Below, piece by piece: positions 9,049 through 18,200 of a stretch of DNA of 64,000 nucleotides. The notes under the pieces were generated by a model that worked only from the letters and a program-made list of their open reading frames with translations, searched no databases and was not told the origin of the DNA. Position 1 is the first letter of the stretch. Each line of letters begins with the position of its first letter. This DNA is from Candidatus Poribacteria bacterium (GTDB lineage: Bacteria > Poribacteria > WGA-4E > WGA-3G). The DNA lies in NCBI GenBank assembly GCA_963663765.2, contig CAXXUA010000005.1, positions 1,216,001 through 1,280,000 on the forward strand, given 5' to 3'. A program made the position numbers and the translations under genes.

Positions 9049-10095
9049 ATGAAAATTGGGTTTGTCGTTAATGACATTAATACTGAACAGCCAATATACA
9101 CAACAACCCGAATGTCAATGCAAGCAACGAACATGGGACACGAAGCATGGATAATATCTGTAGGAGACCTCTCTTACGACCCAGACGAGTATATCAGAGC
9201 AATGGCACGGATGGCACCGCGCCGCAATTACAAATCACACACAACCTATTTCAAAGAACTACAGAGTGATCAGGCAAAAGTTGAACGTATCACCATTGAC
9301 GAATTGGATATCCTTTTACTTCGCAACAACCCCGCAGATGATGCGATTAATAGACCTTGGGCACAAAATGCTGGACTCATTTTCGGAAGAGTTGCAATGC
9401 GACACGGTGTCATCGTTCTCAACGACCCAAATGGACTCGCAAAAGCACCCAACAAGATGTACTTTCAAGATTTCCCTGAAGAAGTCCGACCAAAAACCCT
9501 TATCACAAGATGTCATACTGAAATAAAAACATTTGCTAAAGAACAAGGTGGAACCATCGTCCTCAAACCGCTTCATGGTTCTGGTGGCAATAATGTATTC
9601 CTTGTTAGACCTGATGACCTGCCAAACCTAAATCAAATGATAGATGCAGTCAGCCGAGATGGGTTTGTCATTGCACAAGAATATCTGACTGAAGCAGCAG
9701 ACGGGGACATGCGATTGTTTGTGCTCAACGGTAAACCGTTGCGATACCGAGGCAAGTATGCAGCCTTTCGTCGTGTCCGTATTGATGGTGATATGAGAAG
9801 TAATATTCACGCAGGTGGTGAAGTTCAACAGGCTGAAATTACACACACTGCATTAGAACTCGTGGAAATGGTACGGCCAAAGTTAGTGCAAGATGGCATG
9901 TTCTTTGCCGGATTAGACATCGTAGGAAACAAACTAATGGAAATTAATGTGTTCAGTCCCGGTGGGTTAGGCAGTGCACAGAAGTTTGAGAAGGTCAATT
10001 TCAATGTTGCTGTCATTGAAGCTCTTGAGAAAAAAGTACAGTATATGAAATACTATCGCCGTAACTTTGACAACGTAGAGATGGCGGTATTGTAA
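9049..10095 (+). CDS. gshB: glutathione synthetase-like ATP-grasp ligase
   Basis: VLNDP..NK, VLKPLHGSGG, IAQEYL, GDMR, RSNIHAGG, GLDIVG, EINVFSPGG. Confidence 0.8.
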   Translation: MKIGFVVNDINTEQPIYTTTRMSMQATNMGHEAWIISVGDLSYDPDEYIRAMARMAPRRNYKSHTTYFKELQSDQAKVERITIDELDILLLRNNPADDAINRPWAQNAGLIFGRVAMRHGVIVLNDPNGLAKAPNKMYFQDFPEEVRPKTLITRCHTEIKTFAKEQGGTIVLKPLHGSGGNNVFLVRPDDLPNLNQMIDAVSRDGFVIAQEYLTEAADGDMRLFVLNGKPLRYRGKYAAFRRVRIDGDMRSNIHAGGEVQQAEITHTALELVEMVRPKLVQDGMFFAGLDIVGNKLMEINVFSPGGLGSAQKFEKVNFNVAVIEALEKKVQYMKYYRRNFDNVEMAVL

Positions 10096-10355
10096 ATTCA
10101 CCACTTTGAAACCGTCATTACTGAAGAATTTGCCTTCTGTTTCGCGCTACTGCGTCTCAAAGGTGCTACGGACTCAACCGGCAATCTAATCGCTATTCCA
10201 TACCCCTTCACTTTTCTGGTTGTTTCTGCACAAAATCGTGCAGTCATCTTCCTATTTGATCCTTTACGGGCAATTTATGGTGAAATTTGAAAATTAGTTT
10301 ACATTTCTACAATTTACCATATTGGTTGTCATGTCCGTATTCTATTCTCATATTT

Positions 10356-10550
10356 GGTAGGAGCGACCTCCTGGTCGCGAATGTTTTGATACATGGTCTC
10401 CATACGGTCGCGACCAGGAGGTCGCTCCTACCCACGCGGGGAACGGTCGCGACCAGGAGGTCGCTTCCTACCCACGCAGGGAACGGTCACGAACAGGAGG
10501 TCGCTCCTACCCACGCAGGGAACGGTCGTGACCAAGTGGTCGCTCCTACC
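10356..10550. repeat. REP cluster: one forward GTAG REP and four tandem reverse copies (~39-bp period)
   Basis: GGTAGGAGCGACCTCCTGGTCGCGA at 10356; reverse units joined by near-identical CACGCAGGGAA linkers; bounded by TATGGTGAAAT (10276) and ATTTACCACA (10586). Confidence 0.9.
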
Positions 10551-10632
10551 TGTGCAAGTGTGTAATTAATTCCATAATTTACCACAAACATGAAGTATTA
10601 TATTTTGTAGGTATGTTTAACGGATTTGGCAC

Positions 10633-10647
10633 TGGCACAGAAATTGC
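10633..10647 (+). promoter_or_regulatory. sigma54 -24/-12 promoter motif
   Basis: TGGCAC-AGAAA-TTGC, 67 nt upstream of the next start. Confidence 0.6.
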
Positions 10648-10713
10648 GCATACAGTAGCATAACCCCAACAACATCAAAATCAAAATTGTCATTACAGAG
10701 GAGAGATAAAACA

Positions 10714-11928
10714 GTGCGAAAAGTCTTTGCTAAATTGAGTTATGCTTTTATCATTATTATGCTAACTGCCGTTATTAACATGGGTTGTAGTTTGAGCGTT
10801 CTTGAACAGCGTCAGAAAACGGTTGCTCCTGAAAAACCACAAGAAAGCATTTTCACTGTTGTAAACACTACAGATGTAAAAAAACCTACAATCGTGAGTT
10901 CTATACGTCTACCCTTTCGCGTTAGTCAAAACAACACTATTGCCCTTTCAGGCAAGCATGCTTATATTACTACTAAACATCACTTACATGTAATTGATGT
11001 TTCTAACCTGCAACAGCCCTCATACATGACATCAATCATATTCCCTGATGAAATTGGTAAGGTACGCGTATCCAAACATCAGGTTTTTGTAGCAAGTCGT
11101 CAAAAGATTTATCTTGTAGACGTATCCAAACTGCCTAATCCTGTGATTCAATCCGTGGTGAGTCTACACCATTCAAATGTAATAAGAGAATTCGATATCC
11201 ATGAATCTTTTTTATATGTTTTGGACATCAATGCTTATTTTCACATTTATTCTATAATTGATGGGAATGCCCAATTCGTTGAGACTGTTGAGATCAAATC
11301 TCCTTCCTCGTTAGTGGGAGTTAGAGCAAAAGGAGCAGCAGTAGAACAGATTTTACTGGAGCATAGAACTTCTACCGACCCCGGTTGGGAGCAGCTTTCA
11401 AATAGAACCGACCTCTTAGAAATAAGTGGTAGATATGAGAAGGTTCGAATTTCCAAGGATTATCTGATATACGCAAGTCATAGATATCCAAATCGCGATA
11501 TTACGATTGTCTGGGGAAAGAACCAATACCGCCCTAATATGTGGGAGTGGCTTGAACACTACAACATAGGGGTGAACTATCTCGCGCATCTATACTTAAC
11601 AGGAAAAAAGAAACTTGCACGTGGTAAACCGACAGAGGCTTACATTGAACATTCAAACAGGATCCAGTTCATCGCGCAAGACCAATGGTCTGAGACAATT
11701 GACTTTAAAGACAATCATTTGTTGGGACCAATTACAGATTTTCAAATATCTCGGAAATTGCTTTACGTAGCAAACGCAAAAGGTGTCCTTTCTATTATCC
11801 ATCTTGATGCGCAAGAAAGGCATCGTTTCATATCTGCTACAACACTTCAGGATCAACACCCGATTAGCATTGCTGTTGATGAAGATTACGTCTATATATT
11901 AGCTGCACCGGAAGATTCACAAAGATGA
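10714..11928 (+). CDS. LVIVD-repeat beta-propeller lipoprotein
   Basis: LHVIDVSN/IYLVDVS repeats; signal peptide ending NMGC; GTG start after GAGGAG. Confidence 0.7.
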   Translation: MRKVFAKLSYAFIIIMLTAVINMGCSLSVLEQRQKTVAPEKPQESIFTVVNTTDVKKPTIVSSIRLPFRVSQNNTIALSGKHAYITTKHHLHVIDVSNLQQPSYMTSIIFPDEIGKVRVSKHQVFVASRQKIYLVDVSKLPNPVIQSVVSLHHSNVIREFDIHESFLYVLDINAYFHIYSIIDGNAQFVETVEIKSPSSLVGVRAKGAAVEQILLEHRTSTDPGWEQLSNRTDLLEISGRYEKVRISKDYLIYASHRYPNRDITIVWGKNQYRPNMWEWLEHYNIGVNYLAHLYLTGKKKLARGKPTEAYIEHSNRIQFIAQDQWSETIDFKDNHLLGPITDFQISRKLLYVANAKGVLSIIHLDAQERHRFISATTLQDQHPISIAVDEDYVYILAAPEDSQR

Positions 11929-11962
11929 ACTCTTTACGACACCAAACGTAGTTATTTTGGTA

Positions 11963-14900
11963 TTACGCGGCATTCTGAATTGCGGTATTGATTGTCAAAT
12001 CATCAAATGGTCGTCCATCTTTGTCTGTGATGCGTAGGTAAAATCCCCATCCCCCCATCTCATTACACACCTTAACGAGGATACTGTTTTCGCCAGGTTT
12101 GAGTGTCACGGGAATAGTGTATGTATCAACTATTGCCATAAAGGCTTTTGTATGGGAAAATACTTCTTTCCCATTTAACCATACTTTTCCTTGGTCATCA
12201 CTATCAAATCTGAATTGGACTTCGCGTTCATCAGGTGAGGTAACGGTGGCAAAAGCATAAGATATCTGCCAGTCAGCATCCTTTTCTCCAAGATGGATAT
12301 ACCCATCTAATTCCGCATCGGTAAACTTTTTCCAACGCACTAGTCCATTCAGTCCATCATGTTTTGCACTCAAATCAATCTCTGTCCTGACTTCGGGGAT
12401 GTATGCTGCATCAAATCCAACACCGTTGACATTATCAAATGGACCAAGCACCATCCATGCGTCTTCAGTAACAAAACCTGTTTTTTGTATATACCCATCT
12501 GCCTTCTCAAGATTACCATGATCCCAATAGTATTCTGCTAATTCGAAATGTGTATCTAACAAAAGTCTTAGACTAAAGTGATCGTTTGGGTCAAGTTCAG
12601 CAGCTATGTCCTCAATTTTTTGAATATGCTCATCTACTTTATCAAACATCTCACTATCGTGATAATAGCCTGCTATACTAAGGTAGACATTTACTTGAAG
12701 CGATAAGCGTTCTGAGGATAGGTCTGAAGCTACGGAGTCAATCTGCTGAAAATGTACATCTGCCTTTTCAAGCATATCATTATCGTGATAGAATTTTGCC
12801 AAAACTAAGTGTGCATTCAATTGGATACTTAAACTATCATTAAAATACTCGATTAATTCATTCAGCATATTGACATATCTCTCTTTGTCATGAACGTCTT
12901 TGCCTGCTTTGCCAATTCTTGTGAACAACTTACGATGAAAACTTGGGTGTGTAGTAACATCCCGATCTCCTGGGTGGTCTGCAGCGGTTAGGTATTTCAT
13001 AAATTCTTCAAGTGCCTCATCAAACCATTCATTTGCCAGATATACCTCGCCTTTCCACAACATATATTCTGAAGTTTTTGGTTTTTGTGGGGAATGTTCA
13101 AGGAATTGCAGCACATTTTCTGTGGGTTTTTCTTCAACAGGAAGGTTTTGCTCAGATGTATTTTCTGCGTCCTTTCCGCGTGCACTTGATAGCACTTTGT
13201 CCCAATCCCAAAGAAGAATGTTACCACCACCGACACTCATAAGCGTTTTATTATCAGGAGAAAATTTCAAATCCTTTATAGATTCTGAATCTCCGTCAAG
13301 CGAAGAAAACTTCTCACCTGTAGCAACATCCCATAATTGAATGCCTCCATCATCAAGACTTCTAAGTAGCACGTTATCACCTGGTGAAAAAACCAATATA
13401 TCGTCATATACGTATCCTGTCGCGGAAACTTCCTTAAAATGGGGTATGTTTGAACTTCCCAATATACGAATTCTTTCTCCGCTTCCCACGGCAATTAGCG
13501 AACCATCTGAAGAAAATGCAAAAGTTGTGATAGGCTCCTGATAATTTTCATCAATTGGCGGTTGTTCTTCAAAAAAAGAAGATAATTCAATTCCTGTTTC
13601 CACATCCCAAAGCTGAACAAGTCCTCCTTTTGTTCCACTGACAATCTTTTTCCCATCAGGTGAAAATTCAAAAGCATTGAGCTCAGGAGTATGTGTAATG
13701 GTATCATCATCGGGTTCTTCGGCTATAATAATCGTACCCTCTTCACCTATTTCCATATTCAATAAGCGGATCGTATTCCCACCACTACATGCTGCGGTTT
13801 TCCCATTAGGTGAAAATTTCGTTAGATATGAATTGGGAAATGTTTCCAATTCACGTCCTGTTCTTACATCAGTCAAGCGAAGTACATATTCACCAAAGTT
13901 TGGGTTTGACGGATCGTTCTGTATGCCATCATTTGCGAGTATTGTTCCATCAGGTGATAACACAAGGTTTCTCCACGTACGCCAATATAAAGGTTCCTCA
14001 AGCGTTGCTTTAGTTACTAAAGTCGTTTTTTGTGAGTTTTTCAGATCCCAATTGGTGATGATACCTTCATTCGAAACACTCGTCAACTTAGATCCACCAT
14101 CAAAAAAGGAAGCGGTACTTATCCACAGATGTCCTACAATTTTGGACGTCAGTGCTTTCCTCATTTCAATATCCCAGAATTGAACAGTACCATCCGCACT
14201 CCTACTTGCAAGTATGTTACCGTCAGGGGAAAATGTTAATTGCTCAACATTGCTGAGATGTCCAGTAAAAGTTGCAATCAGTTCACCATTCATTGTATTC
14301 CACAATTTCACAGTGCTATCTTCACTTCCACATGCAAGTAGTAATCCATCTGAAGAAAATGCCAATGTAGATGGTCTATCATACCCCTGGTCTTTCATAG
14401 GATTATGTACGATATCTTTACCATTTCCCCTTGACATAAACCACATATTACTATCTTTTGTAGGCGTTTGTATGACAATCAATTCTTCACCTGATGTTGT
14501 GTCCCATATTTGTATGGTTGTGTCAAGGTTACCTGTTGCGAGTCGTGTACCATCAAGAGAAAATTCCATAGTAATTGCATGGTTTGTTCGCGTGAAATAG
14601 TCTGGCATATTAACTTTCTTACCCATTTTCCTGAGTGTGGATAATTTCTCACCTGTAGTCGTATTCCACAACTCAAGTCTACCATCACCGCTTCCAATAG
14701 CGATTTTATCATCTGTCAAAGCACATTCATTAGGATGTATATAAGTGGCTTCTTTTTGCAATTTTATCTCTGTGTTCTTTCCAGTCTCAACATCCAACCT
14801 GCAAATCTTGTCTCCTGAGTCACTGAGATAAACTAATGTTTTGCTATCATTTGAGAACCGCAACACATTCGTGTCAGGTAAATCATCTTGTAGCGGTACT

Positions 14901-15166
14901 TCACGTTGCGTAGCGATTTCCCACAGTTGGAATTGTTCTCCACCTTTTGCGAGAAAGCGACCATCTGGTGAGAATGCAAGAGATCCGCGCCGTCCTGTAA
15001 ATAAGGACACCTCTTTACCTGTTTTCACATCGTAAAACCAGACACCAGTAGGGCAGCTCACCGCGAGTTGTGTGCCGTCTGGTGAAAACTGCATTGCCCA
15101 AATGCTCCCCTTGCCTAAACGGGCTTCCGCCTTTTCCGGAAGATTCCATTGTGGATAATTTTCCAT
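11963..15166 (-). CDS. WD40-repeat protein with TPR-like helices and a C-terminal PA14-like beta-sandwich
   Basis: Many FSPDG...WD repeats; C-terminal WMVLGPF..SDDQGKVWLNG..LKPGENSILVKV. Confidence 0.85.
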   Translation of the reverse strand: MENYPQWNLPEKAEARLGKGSIWAMQFSPDGTQLAVSCPTGVWFYDVKTGKEVSLFTGRRGSLAFSPDGRFLAKGGEQFQLWEIATQREVPLQDDLPDTNVLRFSNDSKTLVYLSDSGDKICRLDVETGKNTEIKLQKEATYIHPNECALTDDKIAIGSGDGRLELWNTTTGEKLSTLRKMGKKVNMPDYFTRTNHAITMEFSLDGTRLATGNLDTTIQIWDTTSGEELIVIQTPTKDSNMWFMSRGNGKDIVHNPMKDQGYDRPSTLAFSSDGLLLACGSEDSTVKLWNTMNGELIATFTGHLSNVEQLTFSPDGNILASRSADGTVQFWDIEMRKALTSKIVGHLWISTASFFDGGSKLTSVSNEGIITNWDLKNSQKTTLVTKATLEEPLYWRTWRNLVLSPDGTILANDGIQNDPSNPNFGEYVLRLTDVRTGRELETFPNSYLTKFSPNGKTAACSGGNTIRLLNMEIGEEGTIIIAEEPDDDTITHTPELNAFEFSPDGKKIVSGTKGGLVQLWDVETGIELSSFFEEQPPIDENYQEPITTFAFSSDGSLIAVGSGERIRILGSSNIPHFKEVSATGYVYDDILVFSPGDNVLLRSLDDGGIQLWDVATGEKFSSLDGDSESIKDLKFSPDNKTLMSVGGGNILLWDWDKVLSSARGKDAENTSEQNLPVEEKPTENVLQFLEHSPQKPKTSEYMLWKGEVYLANEWFDEALEEFMKYLTAADHPGDRDVTTHPSFHRKLFTRIGKAGKDVHDKERYVNMLNELIEYFNDSLSIQLNAHLVLAKFYHDNDMLEKADVHFQQIDSVASDLSSERLSLQVNVYLSIAGYYHDSEMFDKVDEHIQKIEDIAAELDPNDHFSLRLLLDTHFELAEYYWDHGNLEKADGYIQKTGFVTEDAWMVLGPFDNVNGVGFDAAYIPEVRTEIDLSAKHDGLNGLVRWKKFTDAELDGYIHLGEKDADWQISYAFATVTSPDEREVQFRFDSDDQGKVWLNGKEVFSHTKAFMAIVDTYTIPVTLKPGENSILVKVCNEMGGWGFYLRITDKDGRPFDDLTINTAIQNAA

Positions 15167-15201
15167 TTTATTCTCCTTATCTTTTCTTGTAGTACGTCAT
15201 T

Positions 15202-18200
15202 TTACTTGACAATCTGAATTGTACCCATAGAGGCAACAGCGGACTTTGTCGGATCGTACATCGCTTCTGCAGAGACAGGTGGCACTGTAAATGTGCCTTC
15301 TGTTACCGCACGGAGTGCGTAATAGAATCTCTCTTGTCGTCTCAGTTGGAATGTACCGTAAAAGACAAGGCGATCATCCCGAATGTCAACATAACTGGGT
15401 CTATACCCTTTCCTATTCGCCGTAGATGCACCTTCGCGAGTCACCAAACGCGGATTTTCAATCTCAAAACCGGCAGGCAACATATCAACAACTGCTACGT
15501 TTGCAAGATTACTTGTGAGTGCTTCCACAGTGATCTCAGCAATGACTAATTCACCTTGTTTAAAGTTGTTTTTGACTCTGGAACCGTCGGGGGTAAGATA
15601 ACGACGTGTGAGCTGCAACTCGCGTCCATATTCCTCAATGTAGGAATCCCTGCTAATACCAAACGCTTCCCAATAATAGTAGCACGTGCCTTCACCTTTG
15701 ACCGTAATATCTATCTTTTCACCATCCCAATCGGAACCGGTGTGTCTTGCACTCGTTGAATCAAAGTTGGCAAAATGTGCTCCATTTCGTGTCAGGGTTC
15801 CCGTATATTTTTGGTTAGGACGTTTATTCAGGAACTTACCGAGAGCCAACAAAGCGAACGCATTTTCCTGGGTATTTGTCCATCGTTGTCCTTTTGCTGC
15901 TGCCTCGGTTAGACTTTCGACGAGTTTTGTGATAGCTGGATGGTCCTCCTTGATTTCCACCAACACATCCAAAATGATGGCTTGTGCGCGAATAGAGGAG
16001 TCAAAATTCCGTCCCGAATCTCGTGTTTCCTTGTCATCCAAAACTATCTCTTCAGGCAGCATTGACAGTGCGGTCTCAACATCTCCACTAAGTGCAAACG
16101 CACCGGCAAGTTGAAACTGACTATATACGTTAAGTTCGGTTAATCGGTTGTTTCTGAGGTAGTGCATCACAGATTTTTCAGGTTGATTTGCTGCTGCCAA
16201 CACATAGCAGGCATACGCTGCTCGCGCAAGGAGGTATCTATCCGATTTTTCATGTGGCACGTTGATACTTCCACCACGTCTGGCTTGTTGCCTTAGACCT
16301 TCCAGCATCCGGTTATAGACATTATCGGATACCTTGTAGCCTGCTTTCCGAGCTTCAACAAGGAAATGAGAAGCATAGACACTGCTCCAATTGTTGATGT
16401 GGGACCTGCCTTGCCAATAAGCAAAATTATGGTCAGGTAACAGCATATCTTCCAATTTTGTGATACCTGCGTTAATATACTCGTCAATCTTTCCCTCCTC
16501 AGCTAATTCGGGTTCAACGATTCGCGCAAGGTCGCTCAGGTAAAGTAGTGGGAAAACACGACTGGTTGTTTGTTCAAGACACCCGTGCGGGTACCTCACA
16601 AGATAGCGAAGTCCGTTAGCGAACCTAACAGACGGCAGCGGTGATACAGTCAGCATAAACTCAGATGTCTCTGCTCTCAGATTTGAAGGGAATATGAAAT
16701 CTGCCGGTTCACCCTCTCGGACAATACCGTGCCCCGTTTTCGTAACAGGTGGAGCGGCAGACCGAACAGGTAAACGCATAGGAGCAAATTGTATATCTTC
16801 ACCGTTGCCAGATGCAGATAGATTAAACTCCGCAATGCCAATTTCATCGTGTGTGACCACATCAAAATATAGCTGTCCCTCTTTGCCCGATGCAATCTGC
16901 ATCTGTTTTTCAAGGGAATCCTCTTTCGCAAAAACCAGATGATTTTTAGGACCATTTTCAGTTAAGAGTTGGACAGGACCAGTTCCTTTCAATTTCACAG
17001 TGAATGTCCCTGTGTTCCCAGTGCTATTATAGATAGAAACAGGAATGCGAACCTGATCCCCACCAGTGAGAAAGCGAGGGAAGGTCGGTGTTAACACAAC
17101 AGGATCACGCACCTGTATCTTTTCAGTTGCTGAACCGTAATCTACACCGGAAAATGCAACCGCCATCACCCGCAATGTACCGTTGAACTGAGGCACCTTG
17201 AAACGGACGCTGCCATTTCCTTCTACATCCGTAGTCGTTAAACCTGACCACAATGCAACTGATGATACACGCACGACGCTATCCGTGTTGAGTCTACTTT
17301 GCAATTTTGAACTGACCGTGGAGAGAGCACTTTGTCTTGCAATACCAAGTCCTCTTTCCCTTCTGCTAAACGCCAAATCCGCAACTTCACTATCAGCTTG
17401 AAGACTTTCAACTAAACGTTCCTCTCTCATCAATTGACTATGCTCAGTCACCTTCGCCATCTCTGAAATTACCACATTCATCAAATCGGCAAGGGATTCA
17501 ATCGGTTTAATGGGAAATTGGTCATCCTTTGTAATCGTGTTGTAGAACTCATACGAGATAGTGTTAAGTCTTCTCTGCTGATAAAAACGGTTGTGCGGTT
17601 GCGGCGTTTGGTAACTTGTCAATTGAAGAATACCCTCGTCAACAGCAGCGATTGCAATTCGGTAAGGTTGTCCTTTCCGTTCACCTTGCACCTTAAACTT
17701 TATTTCCACCTCACTGTTCGGTCGAATCTGTTCAGGTGTGTCCATCTCCACCGTCAATTCATGCTGTTTCGCATCAAGTTTCAGCGGAACGACACCGAAC
17801 GCACGCGCCGGCAGGTCCTTCTCTAATGATGTTGTAGATCGAATTAGCATTGCAGAGAGATAGACGTTTGGACCATAATCGTCCTGAACAGGAATCGTCA
17901 ATGTCGCAGTATCTGCATCAATCATGACCGTCTGGAAACTCAACACCTTTTCACGTTCAATTGTTAGCAATACCTTACCAGAGAAAGGTGCTTTAATAGT
18001 TAACTTCGCCTTTTCTCCAGGACGATATGCGGCTTTATCAAGTGTCATATCAAGTGTATTGGGGTTTTCCTTTGACCACGACACACCACCCCATTCCGCT
18101 ACATAGAATTGTGTTGAAACCTTTGCCCCACCCTCAACATCCTCAACTTCAACGCGATGCACCCCAAAAGCAACAGGCGTAAAACTGAAATCCGCTATCC

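Noticed and set aside
10404-10550. CRISPR array
   Set aside because: Linkers are only ~11 nt and nearly identical, the repeat is a GTAG REP, and no cas genes are present
10287-10565. 92-aa ORF
   Set aside because: Translation of the REP array; no RBS or protein features
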